A stretch of DNA of 63,853 nt, the filler included, from Reclinomonas americana ATCC 50394 (taxonomy: Eukaryota), in the NCBI GenBank assembly GCA_048213135.1. It is 6 parts of 2 records of this genome, joined end to end, with 100 filler letters (N's around TTAATTAATTAA, not from the genome) between each part and the next. Parts side by side here need not be neighbours in the genome. Positions count along the whole stretch, not along the records: positions 12,419 to 40,277 come from PS015339.1; 5 more parts are not named here. The stretch is one strand, 5' to 3'. A program made the translations under genes and the position numbers. Each line of letters begins with the position of its first letter. The first letter of the stretch is position 1. Below the pieces are notes generated by a model. That model searched no databases. It worked only from the letters and a program-made list of their open reading frames with translations, and was not told the origin of the DNA. Positions 25,101-38,600 of the stretch are shown in pieces.

Positions 25101-28100
25101 CCCCGACGCGCCTGTGCCTCCCGACGCTCCAGTGCCACCCAGTGCACCGACGCCGCCCGACGCTCCGACGCCTCCCACGCCTCCCGACGCGCCGACGCCT
25201 CCCACTCCACCCGATGCCCCCGTGCCGCCGACGCCACCCAATGCCCCTGTGCCACCCGATGCGCCGGTGCCACCGACGCCACCCAACGCTCCAGTGCCGC
25301 CCGATGCGCCGGTGCCACCGACACCGCCGAACGCTCCGGTGCCACCCGATGCTCCCGTGCCGCCGACTCCACCCGATGCACCCACCCCACCGACGCCGCC
25401 GGATGCGCCTGTGCCTCCAACACCACCCAATGCGCCGACGCCGCCGACGCCACCGGATGCGCCAACACCACCTACGCCGCCGGATGCGCCAACACCGCCG
25501 ACGCCACCCAACGCGCCGACGCCGCCGACTCCACCGGATGCACCGACGCCACCGACGCCGCCCGATGCGCCCACACCCCCCACGCCGCCTGGTGCACCGA
25601 CGCCGCCGACGCCGCCGGACGCACCCACGCCACCCACGCCACCCGACGCGCCGACCCCGCCCACTCCACCTGGCGCGCCGACCCCGCCCGACGCCCCAAC
25701 TCCACCAACTCCCCCTGACGCACCGACGCCGCCGACACCACCCGATGCTCCCGCGCCACCCACACCACCGGGTCCTCCGTCGCCTCCCGACGCGCCCACG
25801 CCACCGACTCCACCGACCCCACCGGACGCACCGAGACCGCCACAACCGCCGGGCCCCGACGGCCCCTGGCTAGTGCAGTCGCAAGAGTACGGCGTCCCGC
25901 AGGTGGAGCCAGCTCCGCAAGGTTACGGTGCACCGCAAGTCGTTCCCGCNNNNNNNNNNNNNNNNNNNNNNNNNNNNNNNNNNNNNNNNNNNNNNNNNNN
26001 NNNNNNNNNNNNNNNNNNNNNNNNNNNNNNNNNNNNNNNNNNNNNNNNNNNNNNNNNNNNNNNNNNNNNNNNNNNNNNNNNNNNNNNNNNNNNNNNNNNN
26101 NNNNNNNNNNNNNNNNNNNNNNNNNNNNNNNNNNNNNNNNNNNNNNNNNNNNNNNNNNNNNNNNNNNNNNNNNNNNNNNNNNNNNNNNNNNNNNNNNNNN
26201 NNNNNNNNNNNNNNNNNNNNNNNNNNNNNNNNNNNNNNNNNNNNNNNNNNNNNNNNNNNNNNNNNNNNNNNNNNNNNNNNNNNNNNNNNNNNNNNNNNNN
26301 NNNNNNNNNNNNNNNNNNNNNNNNNNNNNNNNNNNNNNNNNNNNNNNNNNNNNNNNNNNNNNNNNNNNNNNNNNNNNNNNNNNNNNNNNNNNNNNNNNNN
26401 NNNNNNNNNNNNNNNNNNNNNNNNNNNNNNNNNNNNNNNNNNNNNNNNNNNNNNNNNNNNNNNNNNNNNNNNNNNNNNNNNNNNNNNNNNNNNNNNNNNN
26501 NNNNNNNNTCCGCAAGGCTACGGAACCCCGCAGGTGGAACCGGCGCCGCAGGGCTACGGAACACCCCAGGTGGAACCGGCTCCGCAGGGTTACGGCTCAC
26601 CGCAGGTGGTGCCTGCACCGCTCGGTTACGGCACGCCGTCGGTTGAGCCCGCACCGCTTGGTTACGGCTCGCCGCAGGTGGCGCCGGCACCGCTCGGCTA
26701 CGGCTCGCCGTCGGTCGAACCTGCACCGCTGGGCTACGGTTCACCTTCTGTGGAGCCGGCGCCGCAAGGCTACGGCTCACCTTCTGTGGAGCCGGCGCCA
26801 CAAGGCTACGGCTCACCGCAAGTCGAACCGGCGCCTCCGGGCTATGGATCGCCACAAGTCGAACCGGCGCCGCCAGGCTACGGATCGCCGCAAGTGGAGC
26901 CGGCACCTCCGGGTTCCGATGCACCGCAAGTGGAGCCACCAGTTGTCATCAGTTGTGTGTTTGCCTGTGGAAGGGAGAGAACTGCATATTCTTGGTGTGT
27001 AACATGACGTACTGCAGGTGGCCAGACGACAGTGCAGGAGAATGCCGAGGTCGCCGACCCAATGCCCACAGTGGAGGCGCTGCCGGGATCTCCCGAAGGC
27101 CGAGGTGAGAAGCAGTGGTGGGGCGTGGTTTTGGAGTCAGTGACCTTACTCACTAGCACGGCGCAGCGATTGAGGTGACGCTCGACGAAGAGACAAGCGG
27201 TTTGCGATCGTCCCTGCAAGGGAATGTTGGTGCTTTTGACTCACATGAATTGCAGCAGACGACGTTGCTGTGCCGGTGCATGTGGAGGAGGGAGAACAGG
27301 AGGCAAGCGCGAGTGCGGCTGCAGTGGAGAAGAAGCAGGGTGCGTATCCCTTGGCCCTTGACCATTTCTCGTTCGTATTGTTGACGTCTTTTGCCTGCAG
27401 TTATTGCCACCAGCCGCAGCGACAGGAAAGGTGCGAGTGGCGCTGTATTTCATTCTCTTCTTCTCTTTCCTCATCATTCTCTGTTTGCGTCGCAGAAACC
27501 AAAGGTGTGCCGTGGATGACGTCGGCTCGTTTCTGTCACGCTCCTCACCTGTACTCCCCACACAGAGACGCTGCGCTCCATGCTCTCCACCCTGGCGCAT
27601 CTGCAGGCCGCTGAGCGACTGGTCGACCACGCCGCCGCCGTGGACCACCGCGCCTTTGTCGACGGTGTCGCCATCACATCGCTGACCCAGGTCGACAGTG
27701 GTAGCGTGTTTACCGACGAGGATAACGAGGAGCTCACCGATCTGCTGTACTACCAAGCGGCGGCGTACACCGAGGTGAGGGGCAAGGGAAAGGGAAGTGG
27801 AGATGCAGGAGTGAGGAGGTCATTGAGGGAAAGGGAGGTGGAGATGCAGACTTGTAGAGATTGCTGAGAGAAAAGGGGAGTGAAGATGCAGACGAGAGGA
27901 GGTTATTGAGGGAAGGGGAGTGGAGATGCAGACGGGAGGAGGTTATTGAGGGAAAGGGGAGTGAAGATGCAGGAGTGAGGAGGTCATTGAAGTGGAGATG
28001 AAGACGCGAGGAGGTCATTGAGGGAAAGGGAAGTAAAGAAATGCAGACATGAGGAGGTCATTGAGGGAAACGGAGAGTGGAGATGCAGACGTGAGGAGGT

Positions 28101-28762
28101 CATTGAGGGAAAAGGGAAGTGGTGATGCAGACGTGAGGAGGTCACTGAGGGAAACGGAGAGTGGAGATGCAGACGTGAGGAGGTCATTGACGGGTTTGTC
28201 GAGCAGGCACAACGAGAGACATATAGGCAGGTTCAGCACTTGTACACGTGCAATGGGAGATCACTCATGTGAACGAGAGCAGCAAACAGATAGGCGGATT
28301 CATAGAAGAAGAAAAACAAGTGAGCATGCAGTGGGAGTGCGCTGATGTGTGCAATGAACGTCAGACAAACAGACAGATTCAGAACAGAAGTGCAGACAAT
28401 CTCTCCTTGAAGAGGGCTCCGTTTAACATCGACCACAGTCTTTGTCGTAAAACCACACGAAATATGCTGACAGATCACTGCATGCTCATTCATGTGGGTG
28501 TTCTCATCTGCCTTTCGTTGCCTGCAGCACGATTCCGAGACAACAGCTCTCGCCGAGCTGGAGGTGAGGTGTCCCTTTCGCCACCTGTACTCGTCGCATG
28601 ACGCTCATCATGATATCCACACTAAGCACTTGGAATCCAACGACGAACTGCTGGCGCAGGTGAGTCGTCATGTTGCCACTGTACATCCGAAATTGTCTCA
28701 CCAACATGCAACTGCAGTACGACGAGTTCCTCGCACTTGTTCAACTCAATGCTCCTTTCTAA
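21908..28762 (+). CDS. Secreted proline-rich repetitive protein, many small exons
   Basis: Signal-peptide-like [30 protein letters not shown] at 21908; (PT/PV)PP(D/N)A-type repeats 25092-25850; [12 protein letters not shown] repeats 25885-26940; chain of GT-AG micro-exons ending [18 protein letters not shown]. Confidence 0.7.
27775..28190 (+). repeat. Intronic ~43-bp minisatellite
   Basis: Repeated gaggaggtcattgagggaaa..gagtggagatgcagacgt units. Confidence 0.85.
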
Positions 28763-28815
28763 TATGTGCCACAGTGAAATGCCCTCGTGGCCTTGTTTTC
28801 TTGTAATCACTACTG

Positions 28816-31200
28816 TCATGTATTCGCTCTGGCTAACCTCCCACACGCCTCCTTCCACAGACAGCCATACAGCACGCTCCACACCAATGTCCGTCGCATT
28901 CCGTGGCTAGGCAAGGTGCGACCCTTCATCAGAGTGGCCATGCATCGTTCCACGCAACTCAGCTCCTCGTCCAGGAGCACCCACACTGCAACAACTTTTG
29001 AAACACAAAATGGGAAGCACAACGATGCAGCGCGGCGCACCTGGGTCACCAGCTTTGTACACACGCAGCACTCCGGCAGCCTTATCCACTGCGGCAATGT
29101 GCGTCCCGTGCGGTGACACCGCCATGGGCACCGCGCACACCGGCAACGTGTACAACAGTTCCATGTTGCGTGCATCCCAGACGCGCAGCGTGCGGTCCTC
29201 GGCCGACGACGCCACCAGTCGACTGCACAGCAACCAGCCGAGGGCCACAATCTCGGCCGAGTGGCCCACCCCGCTGCCCTCCAGCTCACCGCTGCTCAGG
29301 TTCCACACGTCGACCGTGTCGTCGTCAACCTGGGGGAGGGAAAGGGAGGCGAAGGGAGGGGAGGGGAAAGGGGAGAGAAAGGAGATTAGAGGAGGGAAGG
29401 GAGGGAAAGGAGACGAATACGGGAAGGGGAAGAGAAGTCAATAGAAGTGAAACTGTAAGCGGCAGCACGTGGAGAGGAGAGGTTGGAAAGGACATGTGAG
29501 ACTTGGACTGCGGAATGGGGATGGTACGAAGTAGAGAGTGATAAATTGAAGAGTGAAAGACAGGAAGGGCAGAGAGGCGATCTCTCTTGCTACCCCTTGT
29601 GCTCTGTTCCCTCCTTTCCTAAGTTCTTACCAGATATTGCTCTCTAATACACCCACTCACTCCTCTTCCGCAACCTCCCTGTCTCATTCCCCTGCACTCA
29701 CTCCCTTGCCTGTGTCTGTTGCCCCTCTGTCTCCTCCCTTCCCCTCGACCCCACAAACCAGCGAATTTGAGGCCACGGCAAGCCTCTCATCATCGCTGCT
29801 CCACGCTGCCGCCGCGCACCACCGGCGGGTGGAGGTCGGTGAGCAGGAGGTGAGCACACGCGGTGTGACACCAGAGTCGTCCTCGTCTTCGTCATCACCG
29901 TGGCTGGCCAGACTCCTCCGACTCAACTGGCTCTCCTCCCACGCATGCTGCGGCCAGAGGGACACGTCGCCGTCGAGGGACGAGGAGGCGAGATGAGAGC
30001 CAGAGTGATTGAAGACGACCTGTGATACGCGTTTAATATGGGAAGAGGGAGATAGAGGCAAGAGAGCAACGTGGCGCAACACTGGTCACTGCCGATTTGT
30101 GCACGCCAAGCGTCACTGAGCTCCCCATTCCGTCGCCGGCCACCTGCACCACTCGCACGGCGCCCGTCTGCAGGCCCATGGCGACGAGCGATCCATCTCG
30201 CGTCACACTCAAGCCTGCGTGTTTTGTTAACCGTGATGAGAAACTCACAACAAGAAACCTGAGCGCGACACGCAACTGTTCACGCGAATCGAGTGCTTTC
30301 TACTGTCGACGTCGATCTCGAGCACTGTTGTCTCCTCGTCACCGCGGAGCATCGACAGCGATCCGGCAGTGCTCGCGGTGAAAAGCACATCACGCGCACT
30401 GGCCATGACGTGCACGCTGCTGGTCAGTGACGTGGCGCGCAAATCACTGTCTTCGTTGTGTGTGTCGCAGAGGGATCTGGGCGGGCGAAGGGAAGGAGAT
30501 GAGCCTGGAATCAAAAGAGGAGTTGCTCCGCTCTCCTTCTCTCACTGCAGTCACTCTCCCTTCTTCTCCCTCTCTCTCTCATCCTGCTCTTTCAACAGTC
30601 TGTCTCTCAGCCCCTTCTCTCACAACATCAGCAAATGACATGCTCTTCTCCTCCTGTTCTCTCACCTTCAACAGTGTGCCTCTCCCCTTTCACACTGCAT
30701 CACTCTCCCTTCTTCTCCCTCTCTCGACTCCTGTTCTTCAACAGTCTGCCACTCAGCCTTGAAGCACCTCACTCACAACATCAGCAAAAAGGCATGCTCT
30801 TCTCCTCCTATCCTCTCTCCTTCCCTCACTGCACTCACTCTCCTTTCCTCTCCGTCTCTCTCTCGAATCCTGCTCTTCAGCAGTGTGCCTCTCAGCCTTG
30901 AGCACCTCAGCCCCTTTCTCTCACAACATCAGCATAAGGCATGCTTTCTCCTTTCCTCTCTCTTGCCGCTCTCTCTCACTCTCTCCTTCTCCCTTCCCCT
31001 TCCCCCTTCTCCCCCACCACGACTCACACTCCTCCATTCCCCTCCACTCCCACCGCCACCTGTCGCGCCTCCCAGTTCCCTCCAAAGAAGCACACCGCCT
31101 GCACCGCCTGCGCCGACTTTATCCCTCTCAACAATCGCCACGCGCCAACCAGTGCAGGCGCCCGTAATATCCGCAAATTCGGTCTCCTTTGCTGCTGCTG
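28816..31200 (-). CDS. Intron-rich divergent WD40 protein carrying the same C-terminal module as the arrays
   Basis: WD exons SHLASSSLDGDVSLW and GHSAEIVALGW..VASSAEDRTLRVWD; intron 28986-29040 gives GDP/VWVLLDEELSCVERCM...RRTLVWSVLYGCLWKEA; 5' end uncertain. Confidence 0.75.
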
Positions 31201-32534
31201 CTGCTGCTTACTTCCTCTCTTCTTATCATCGTCGCCATCATCATCATCATCATCAACAAGAGACTGATTGCCAAAATATTCGTGGGGAAATTGAGAGGCA
31301 GGCGGGTAATGAGAGGCAGCAGTGCATGGGCATGTGTGTGTGTGTGCAAGTGCAAGGCAGGGAGAGGGCATCACAACCTGTTTGTTGCCTCCGCGTCGGC
31401 GCATTTTTGGTTTCGTGTCCTGTGTGTTTGGGGACGTGCAGCAACGTTTTCTGCGAGTGTTTGTTGAGTGTGGTGCAGTGCACCGGGGAGTGGAAGTGAT
31501 GCGCTACAAGGTGGGCTGGGTGGCTGTGCATGTGCGCGTCGGGAACGGTGGGGTTTTCACTGCGGGACAACGTGACGTTGAGTTGTTTTTGCGGAAACTG
31601 AGGGAGTCGTGTGGAGCCATCATGAGGGTGCAAAAGCGTGCAGGTTAGGTACCACTGAAAGGAACCCTTCATTGAGAGAATTGAAGTTAGTAGAACGTCG
31701 ACGTCGACGTCGCTGAGAACTGGTGTGGCAAGATGGCTTCGAAGCGGCCCTGCATTCACTTCCTGCATGTGAAAGACACGGGCAGCCACATGCGCTTTTG
31801 GCGAAGTGGACGCCGATTGGCCCGAAGACGAGAACACTGTCATCTCCTGGATGCTGGACAAGCGACTGGACCTTGCAAGTAATATAATAAGTTATTTTCA
31901 CAACTCAGCACCATCACTGATGACACCCACCCACTGCACCGTCCCGCCCCTTCACCATGCAGCGCGCGACAGTCGAGAATTGTACACGTGTCCATTTTTG
32001 GCCTCCGACTGCCCACGCGCTTCCGGACGATCTGCAGTCTCCCCATGTGGCACCCTCTGTGCGCATCCCTCCTGCACCTCGTGACGCACACGCAAGAGCA
32101 AGTCGCTGTTCGGACAACCGCATGTTCGATGCAATTTCGATATTTGTCCACCGTCGACGACGATCCACAAGCGGCCTGCAATCCGTGCCGATGTGAGACA
32201 GAGTCCTCGCCCTTCTCTCCCTCCCGCCAGACATGTAACACTCACCCTCCTGATCCTGCTGTGCTTTAAATCACGTGTCGACGAACACGACAAATCACCA
32301 TCCTCGAGCTCCTCCTCCTCCGTCCTCCTCCTCATCCACATCCACCTCCGCCCCTTCGTCCTCCATGAGATATCTCCACCAGCCACCACACGCCACTCCA
32401 CCTCCAGGGTCCTCTGGCGTTTTCGTCGCATTTTCAGTCACGTCCAGCCCGTCGTTGTGTTATTTCTGCATTTTTTGGACAGCAACTGTTGATATTCCCC
32501 TTGTGGCGTGAGCCAAGACAACGACACATCACAC

Positions 32535-35358
32535 ATGGATCCACTACTTCAACAGCACGCACCAGCCGAGGCGACGCAGTCGACACTCATGTCGCAGATC
32601 ATCTTCGGCACCATGCTGGCCTTCTTTCTCACGGTGGCGCAGGGTGCATTCCACCGACTGCTGAACTGGCTGCTGGACATTGCACTGTTCCCGCTGCGGC
32701 GTATCGTGCGGACCTACACCTTTGATGCAGTTGCGTCGCACCGCGTACGGGCCAGGGGGGAAAGGCACTGACTCCCATGTCGGCAGGGCCACAAGCACTT
32801 CAAGACACTGCGACGCGCCGTCAAGGCACTGGTCACCGAGGCCGGTGTCAGTCGATCCACGATGCCAATGGTGATGAAACCGGCGCGTGGTGGCAAGCCG
32901 GCCCGCGTCACCATTTCCACCGAAGACAACTTCAGCAAGATGCTGTGGATCGAGGGCATGCCCGCGTGGTGCGTGAGCAACGAAGTGGCGATCACCTTGT
33001 CTCTTCTTTTTACCTTTCATTCTCCCCCCACAGGCTGACATATGACAATGGCGAGAAGGCTGGAAGTGCGGTACGACGGTGAGCAGAAGCACGCAACTCT
33101 TCTGTACTTCTTCTTGTCTTCTCACCTCTCTGGCGATGCGCAGCGTGGACGGCTCGGCGGCTCGTGTCAGTGCCAATTTCCGCCTCACAGGCGTGCTGCT
33201 CGACTTGGATCGCCTGCAGCGCTTCCTGGCCAAGCACCAGAGTCGCTCGACGTACCTCCACAGCAATCGCTCCGTGTATCCTCGCCGTGTGCCACAGGCG
33301 AATTCTGTGTACGCGCCAGAGGTGTGGGAACGCGTCTGCAATCACCTGGAGTCCTTCCTCGACTTGAATCAGACCGACAGCAAGCACACGGGCATTCTGC
33401 TGCATGGACCTCCAGGGTGAGTGTGCGAGTTGCACGAGGGAGGGGGAGATGAAAGCGAGTTGCTCACCGGCTGTATTTTCTTCGCTGCGTGCAGAACGGG
33501 CAAGACAACGGTGAGTGAAACATGCGCGCAGACTCACAGCGACAAAGGAGTACTCACTTTGTGTGCGCACAGCTCGTGTGGACGCTGAGTCACAAGTACC
33601 AGGTGCGGGAAACCACGATTCACGCACATCTCATGCCTCTTTCGCTCACCTCCGTCGCCACAGATGAACGTCATTGCACTGTCGCACTCGGCGCTCGAGT
33701 CCAGCATGACGCCGCCCGTGTGCCAGGAGGATACCATCATCCTGCTCGACGATATCGATGTGATTCTTGACAACAGGTGGGAGGAGAGAAGGGCTGAGGG
33801 GGGAAGGGGGAATGGGGGAGAGGGGGAATGGGCAAAGGGGGCAAAGGGGGCGGGAGGGAGAGAGAGAGAGAGAGAGTTGCAATTGATGGCTGTCATGTTG
33901 CTTCGCTCTCTGGTCACTCTCCATCTCACTGTCATTCTCTGCCATGATTTTCACTCTCACTCTCCACGTTCCATTCACTGTGTTCCACTTTCCATGTTGC
34001 ACTCTCCATGTTCCAATCTCTCCATGCTCCGCTCTCCGCGTTTCACTGCCTTATTCAACAATCCATGCTTCATTCTCCATATTCCACTCTGCTTGTCTCC
34101 ACTCTGCTTGTCTCCGCTCTGCGTGTCTCCGTTCTGCGTGTCTCCACTCTGCGTGTCTCCACTCTGCGTGTCTCCGCTCTGCACGTCTCCACTCTGCTTG
34201 TCTCCACTCTGCTTGTCTCCACTCTGCTTGTCTCCACTCTGCTTGTCTCCACTCTGCTTGTCTCCACTCTGCTTGTCTCCACTCTGCTTGTCTCCACTCT
34301 GCTTGTCTCCACTCTGCTTGTCTCCACTCTGCTTGTCTCCACTCTGCGTGTCTCCACTCTGCGTGTCTCTACTCTGCATGTCTCTACTCTGCATGTCTCT
34401 ACTCTGCATGTCTCTACTCTGCATGTCTCTACTCTGCATGTCTCTACTCTGCATGTCTCTACTCTGCATGTCTCTACTCTGCATGTCTCTACTCTGCATG
34501 TCTCTACTCTGCATGTCTCTACTCAGCATGTCTCCACTCTGCGTGTCTCCACTCTGCGTGTCTTCACTGTGCTTGTCTCCACTCTGCTTGTCTCCACTCT
34601 GCTTGCATCGAGCACTGCTCATTTCTCCACGCTTCCTCCAATCCCTCCTTTCCCCCTCCCTCTTTTTCCCCTCTTCATATCTCCCCCTCCTCTCCCTTTC
34701 CCTTTATCCCCCTTCCCCCTACTCTTCCCCTGCATCTCCCTTCTCACATCGCTTCTCCTCCTCTCCGCGCAGCAAAATCGTGCACAGCGTGCAACAAATC
34801 CTGGAGGAAGACCATCCGGGCAAGATCGTGTACATCCTCACCACCAACTACCGCGACAAGTTGCCGCCGGCACTGCGCCGCCGCGGCCGTGTCGATCTGG
34901 AGGTGGAGATTCCGCTGATGAGTCTCCCCGAGGCCACCGCCCTGGTGGCCCGGCACTTTGCCGATCCCGGCGACGCGCAGCAAGTGCTGGCCAAGCTCAA
35001 GCCGCACCTTCCACTGGCGCCGTGTGTGGTGCGCTCGATTCTCCTGCGGCGCGGCGGTCTGCACGAGGTGCTGCGTGAGCTGTCGGGCGATCTGTCCGAC
35101 GAGAAGAAGCTGTACACGTCGTGGATCAAGGCCACCAATCCGGAACCGGTGCTCGTCACACACGACAGCGGAAGCAGCAGCGCGAGCGCAAGTGAGGGAA
35201 GCGTGAGTAGCGACGACGACGACGAGGAAGATGAGAAGGAGGAGGACGTGGCTGCGGAGGTGGTGGTGGTGGCGGAGGTCGAGAGTGGCAAGCCGCACAT
35301 CAATGTGCGCCGGCGCGTCAAGACGACGAGCGCCGTCCCAGTTGAGCAGAGTGTGTAA
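32535..35358 (+). CDS. BCS1-like AAA+ ATPase with N-terminal TM segment
   Basis: Walker A GILLHGPPG/TGKTT (spliced), Walker B IILLDDID, second-region ILTTNYRDKLPPALRRRGRVD. Confidence 0.88.
34083..34605 (+). repeat. Intronic 15-bp minisatellite (about 35 units)
   Basis: Blocks of tctccactctgcttg, tctccactctgcgtg and tctctactctgcatg. Confidence 0.95.
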
Positions 35359-35661
35359 CGGAGACGAGATAATCATGTGTGACCCTATAGTGTATTCTTT
35401 CTTGTTCATAGGCACTGGAAGGAGGGGAGTCAGACAGCGGATAATGAGCGCAAGGGGGGAGATTGATTGGCTCACTAACCTCTCACTGGCCTTGTCGGCA
35501 CCAGCGCCGTGAATGCGATTTTCCTCTGCTCACCTCCGGATGGGTTGCAGCTGCTGCACCTCAAGCATACTCCAGAGAGGCGATCTGCGGGCCTATTGTC
35601 AAAAGAACATGCAAAGCAAGGCGATTCACAACTGCCACACTCACTGTGGCTATCGCATGCG

Positions 35662-38600
35662 TCATCGTGTTCCAAGATCGTCGCGAACAAATGCCAACAC
35701 TGCAGAACAATAACATGAATCAGCATGATCCACACACTCACTGTCGAAGCACACTAATACCTTGCATCAACAGGAACGACGGAGACCAAACGGGCGCCAG
35801 CTTGTCATAGTTGAGCCACAGGCGCGTGTCAGCGTCAATGGAGGGATGATCGAGATCGGAAACGACGCGAATGAGCGGCGGCGACCAAGGATAGTCGTCG
35901 GAGAGCACCATTCGTATCTCCTCCGTGTGGTCATCGAGCTACATCCGATAGTACGGAAGGAGAGTGAGCAAAGGGTACAGATGGAAGCACACATCACCTA
36001 AAGGTGTACCTCCATGCGACCCGCCACGCAGCGAGGGTTGGTGGGCAGAATCTCCAGCCGCAAGCCATCAGTGTCACCGACGGAGGGCCACGCGCGACTC
36101 TCTTGCGCCATTCGCGCGGCAAGGGCGGCCGGTGGTTGGGCGCTGGCGTCGCTCAGCGAGTCGTAGACAGCCAGGAGTTGCTGCGGGGAGGCGCCTGCAA
36201 AAGAGACGGGTGGGCAAGAGAGGGGGAGAAGCGGGAAGGGAGAGGGGGAGAGCGGAAGGGAGAGGGGACAGCAGCGAGAGGAGGAGGAGCGAGAAAAGGA
36301 GAGAGCGAGAGGAGCAGAACAGCAAGAGGGGGAGAGAGCGAGAGGAGCACAGCAGCGAGAGGCGGAGCAGCGAGAGCAGGAGCAGCGAGAGCAGGAGCAG
36401 CGAGAGCAGGAGCAGCGAGAGGAGCGGAACAGCGAGAGGAGAGAGCAGCGAGAGGAGCAGAACAGCGAGAGGAGAGAGCAGCGAGAGGAGCAGAACAGCG
36501 AGAGGAGAGAGCAGCGAGAGGGAGCAGCGAGACGACGAGCAGAGAGAGGAGAAAGCAGCGAGAGGAAGAGGAGCGAGAGGGGGAGAAGCGAGAGGGAGGA
36601 GNNNNNNNNNNNNNNNNNNNNNNNNNNNNNNNNNNNNNNNNNNNNNNNNNNNNNNNNNNNNNNNNNNNNNNNNNNNNNNNNNNNNNNNNNNNNNNNNNNN
36701 NNNNNNNNNNNNNNNNNNNNNNNNNNNNNNNNNNNNNNNNNNNNNNNNNNNNNNNNNNNNNNNNNNNNNNNNNNNNNNNNNNNNNNNNNNNNNNNNNNNN
36801 NNNNNNNNNNNNNNNNNNNNNNNNNNNNNNNNNNNNNNNNNNNNNNNNNNNNNNNNNNNNNNNNNNNNNNNNNNNNNNNNNNNNNNNNNNNNNNNNNNNN
36901 NNNNNNNNNNNNNNNNNNNNNNNNNNNNNNNNNNNNNNNNNNNNNNNNNNNNNNNNNNNNNNNNNNNNNNNNNNNNNNNNNNNNNNNNNNNNNNNNNNNN
37001 NNNNNNNNNNNNNNNNNNNNNNNNNNNNNNNNGAGAGCTAACCCGTGTGTTTTCGCTCTTTCCCACTATTTGTCCTTTCATCTTCCTTCTCCCGTTTCCA
37101 CCTCACTCCCTTCTCCCATTCCACACCTGGCTCCACAAGGGGTGGCGGTCTTCGCACAACAATCATCAGTGGCTCATCCTCGTAGCTCCCAATCGCGTAG
37201 TCGCGCAGAGTCTTGCCGTCGGCCAGCCAGTGCTCGCGAAAGCGAATACGCATGCGGTCGCGCAGCTCGCCAAACTGCATCGCAGACTGTCAACACAAGA
37301 CAGTGGCGCTGGAGAATAACATTCTCCCTCTCCCACCTGCATCTCCAACAAGTACTTGAACTCGTCCACCGTGAGACTGGCGAAAGACCACACGCGGCAG
37401 TAGCCGTGGTCGCCGAGGCCCGTGACCAGCACCTGTACGGGACCGTCGTAGATGGTGACTCGTGGCAGCGAGGCTTGGAGCGCGGCAACCAGGTGACGAT
37501 GCTGGCCGAGTTCGAGGGTTTGTCGGATGGAGATGGACTGCAGCAGAGGGCACTGTGCAAAATTTGTGGTCAGAGAAACGCAACAAAACAGACAACTCGA
37601 TGTGTGCGCACCTGTGCCGCCGCCTGCACGATGCCATCGAGGGACAGATTCGGGCCGCTGCATCCGTCCAGCACCACGTGACGCACAGTATCTGTTATGC
37701 ACACACGACTGTTGAGTGGAAGCAAGCGATACATGAATTCCGTTTCAGCTCGTCGTCACCTTGGCAGTGCTGCACGCGAGGGGAGAATGAGCAACACACA
37801 AACACACAGGGGAATATGCAAACACCGAGGAAGGGTCACGCACGAATAATATCTGTCGAAGTGCGGCGTCGGGCAGCCGAAACATGCAACGCTCGGGGAC
37901 ACCTGTGCAAAAGTCAAGCGTGCTGCGCAGTCGGAGCACGCGATTGACACGCTGCGCACGACATTGGAAGCATGGAAATGGGCGACGGTACATCACAAAA
38001 AACAGACAGTGTCAGCTCACCACTCGCAGCCGACCGCACACAGAACTTAGTTTGACCACGCACGGCGTGCTCAAGTATGAGAGCATGTGCACAAAGGCGT
38101 ATTCGCAGAGGCCCCTGGTGGGAGTGGGCAGTGAGTGGAGAGAACAGAAGCAAAGGAAGGAAATGAGCGCACCACAGTGTGGCCTCCTCTTGCCGCGCGT
38201 CGACCTCACGTAATCTCAACACGGGGGAGGGAGCGTCGCGGAACTTGATCAGATGTACTGAATGGGGACAAGGGGAAGTGAGGACAAGGGGCAGCGAGGA
38301 CAAGGGGCAGCGAGGACAAGGGGCAGTGAGGACAAGGGGAAGGGACGACAGGGACAGGAATGAGAAGAACAAGAAGAATTCAGAGAAACGGACAGGGGAG
38401 AGATAGTGAGGAACGGAGAGCACCAATATAAGAAGGGAACGACGAATCAGCGAGGCGAGCAGCAAGCAAAGGAAGACAAGACAAGCAGGAAGAAGAGCGA
38501 CAGAAGAAAAGGAAAGGAACGCAGCAAGAGATGAAGAGAACAAGCGAAGAGAAGCGAGCAATGAGAGTGGACAGGACGAAGATGAGTAAGAGAGCAGACC

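Noticed and set aside
24620..25873. Gly-rich and Arg-rich repeat ORFs
   Set aside because: Alternative-frame and antisense shadows of the Pro-rich exon, whose third positions vary
31253..32430. Possible additional gene between the WD40 and AAA genes
   Set aside because: Short ORFs on both strands with no motif or consistent exon chain that I could support
33944..35078. SACLH/VSTLL/QSGDK repeat proteins
   Set aside because: Translations of the intronic 15-bp minisatellite
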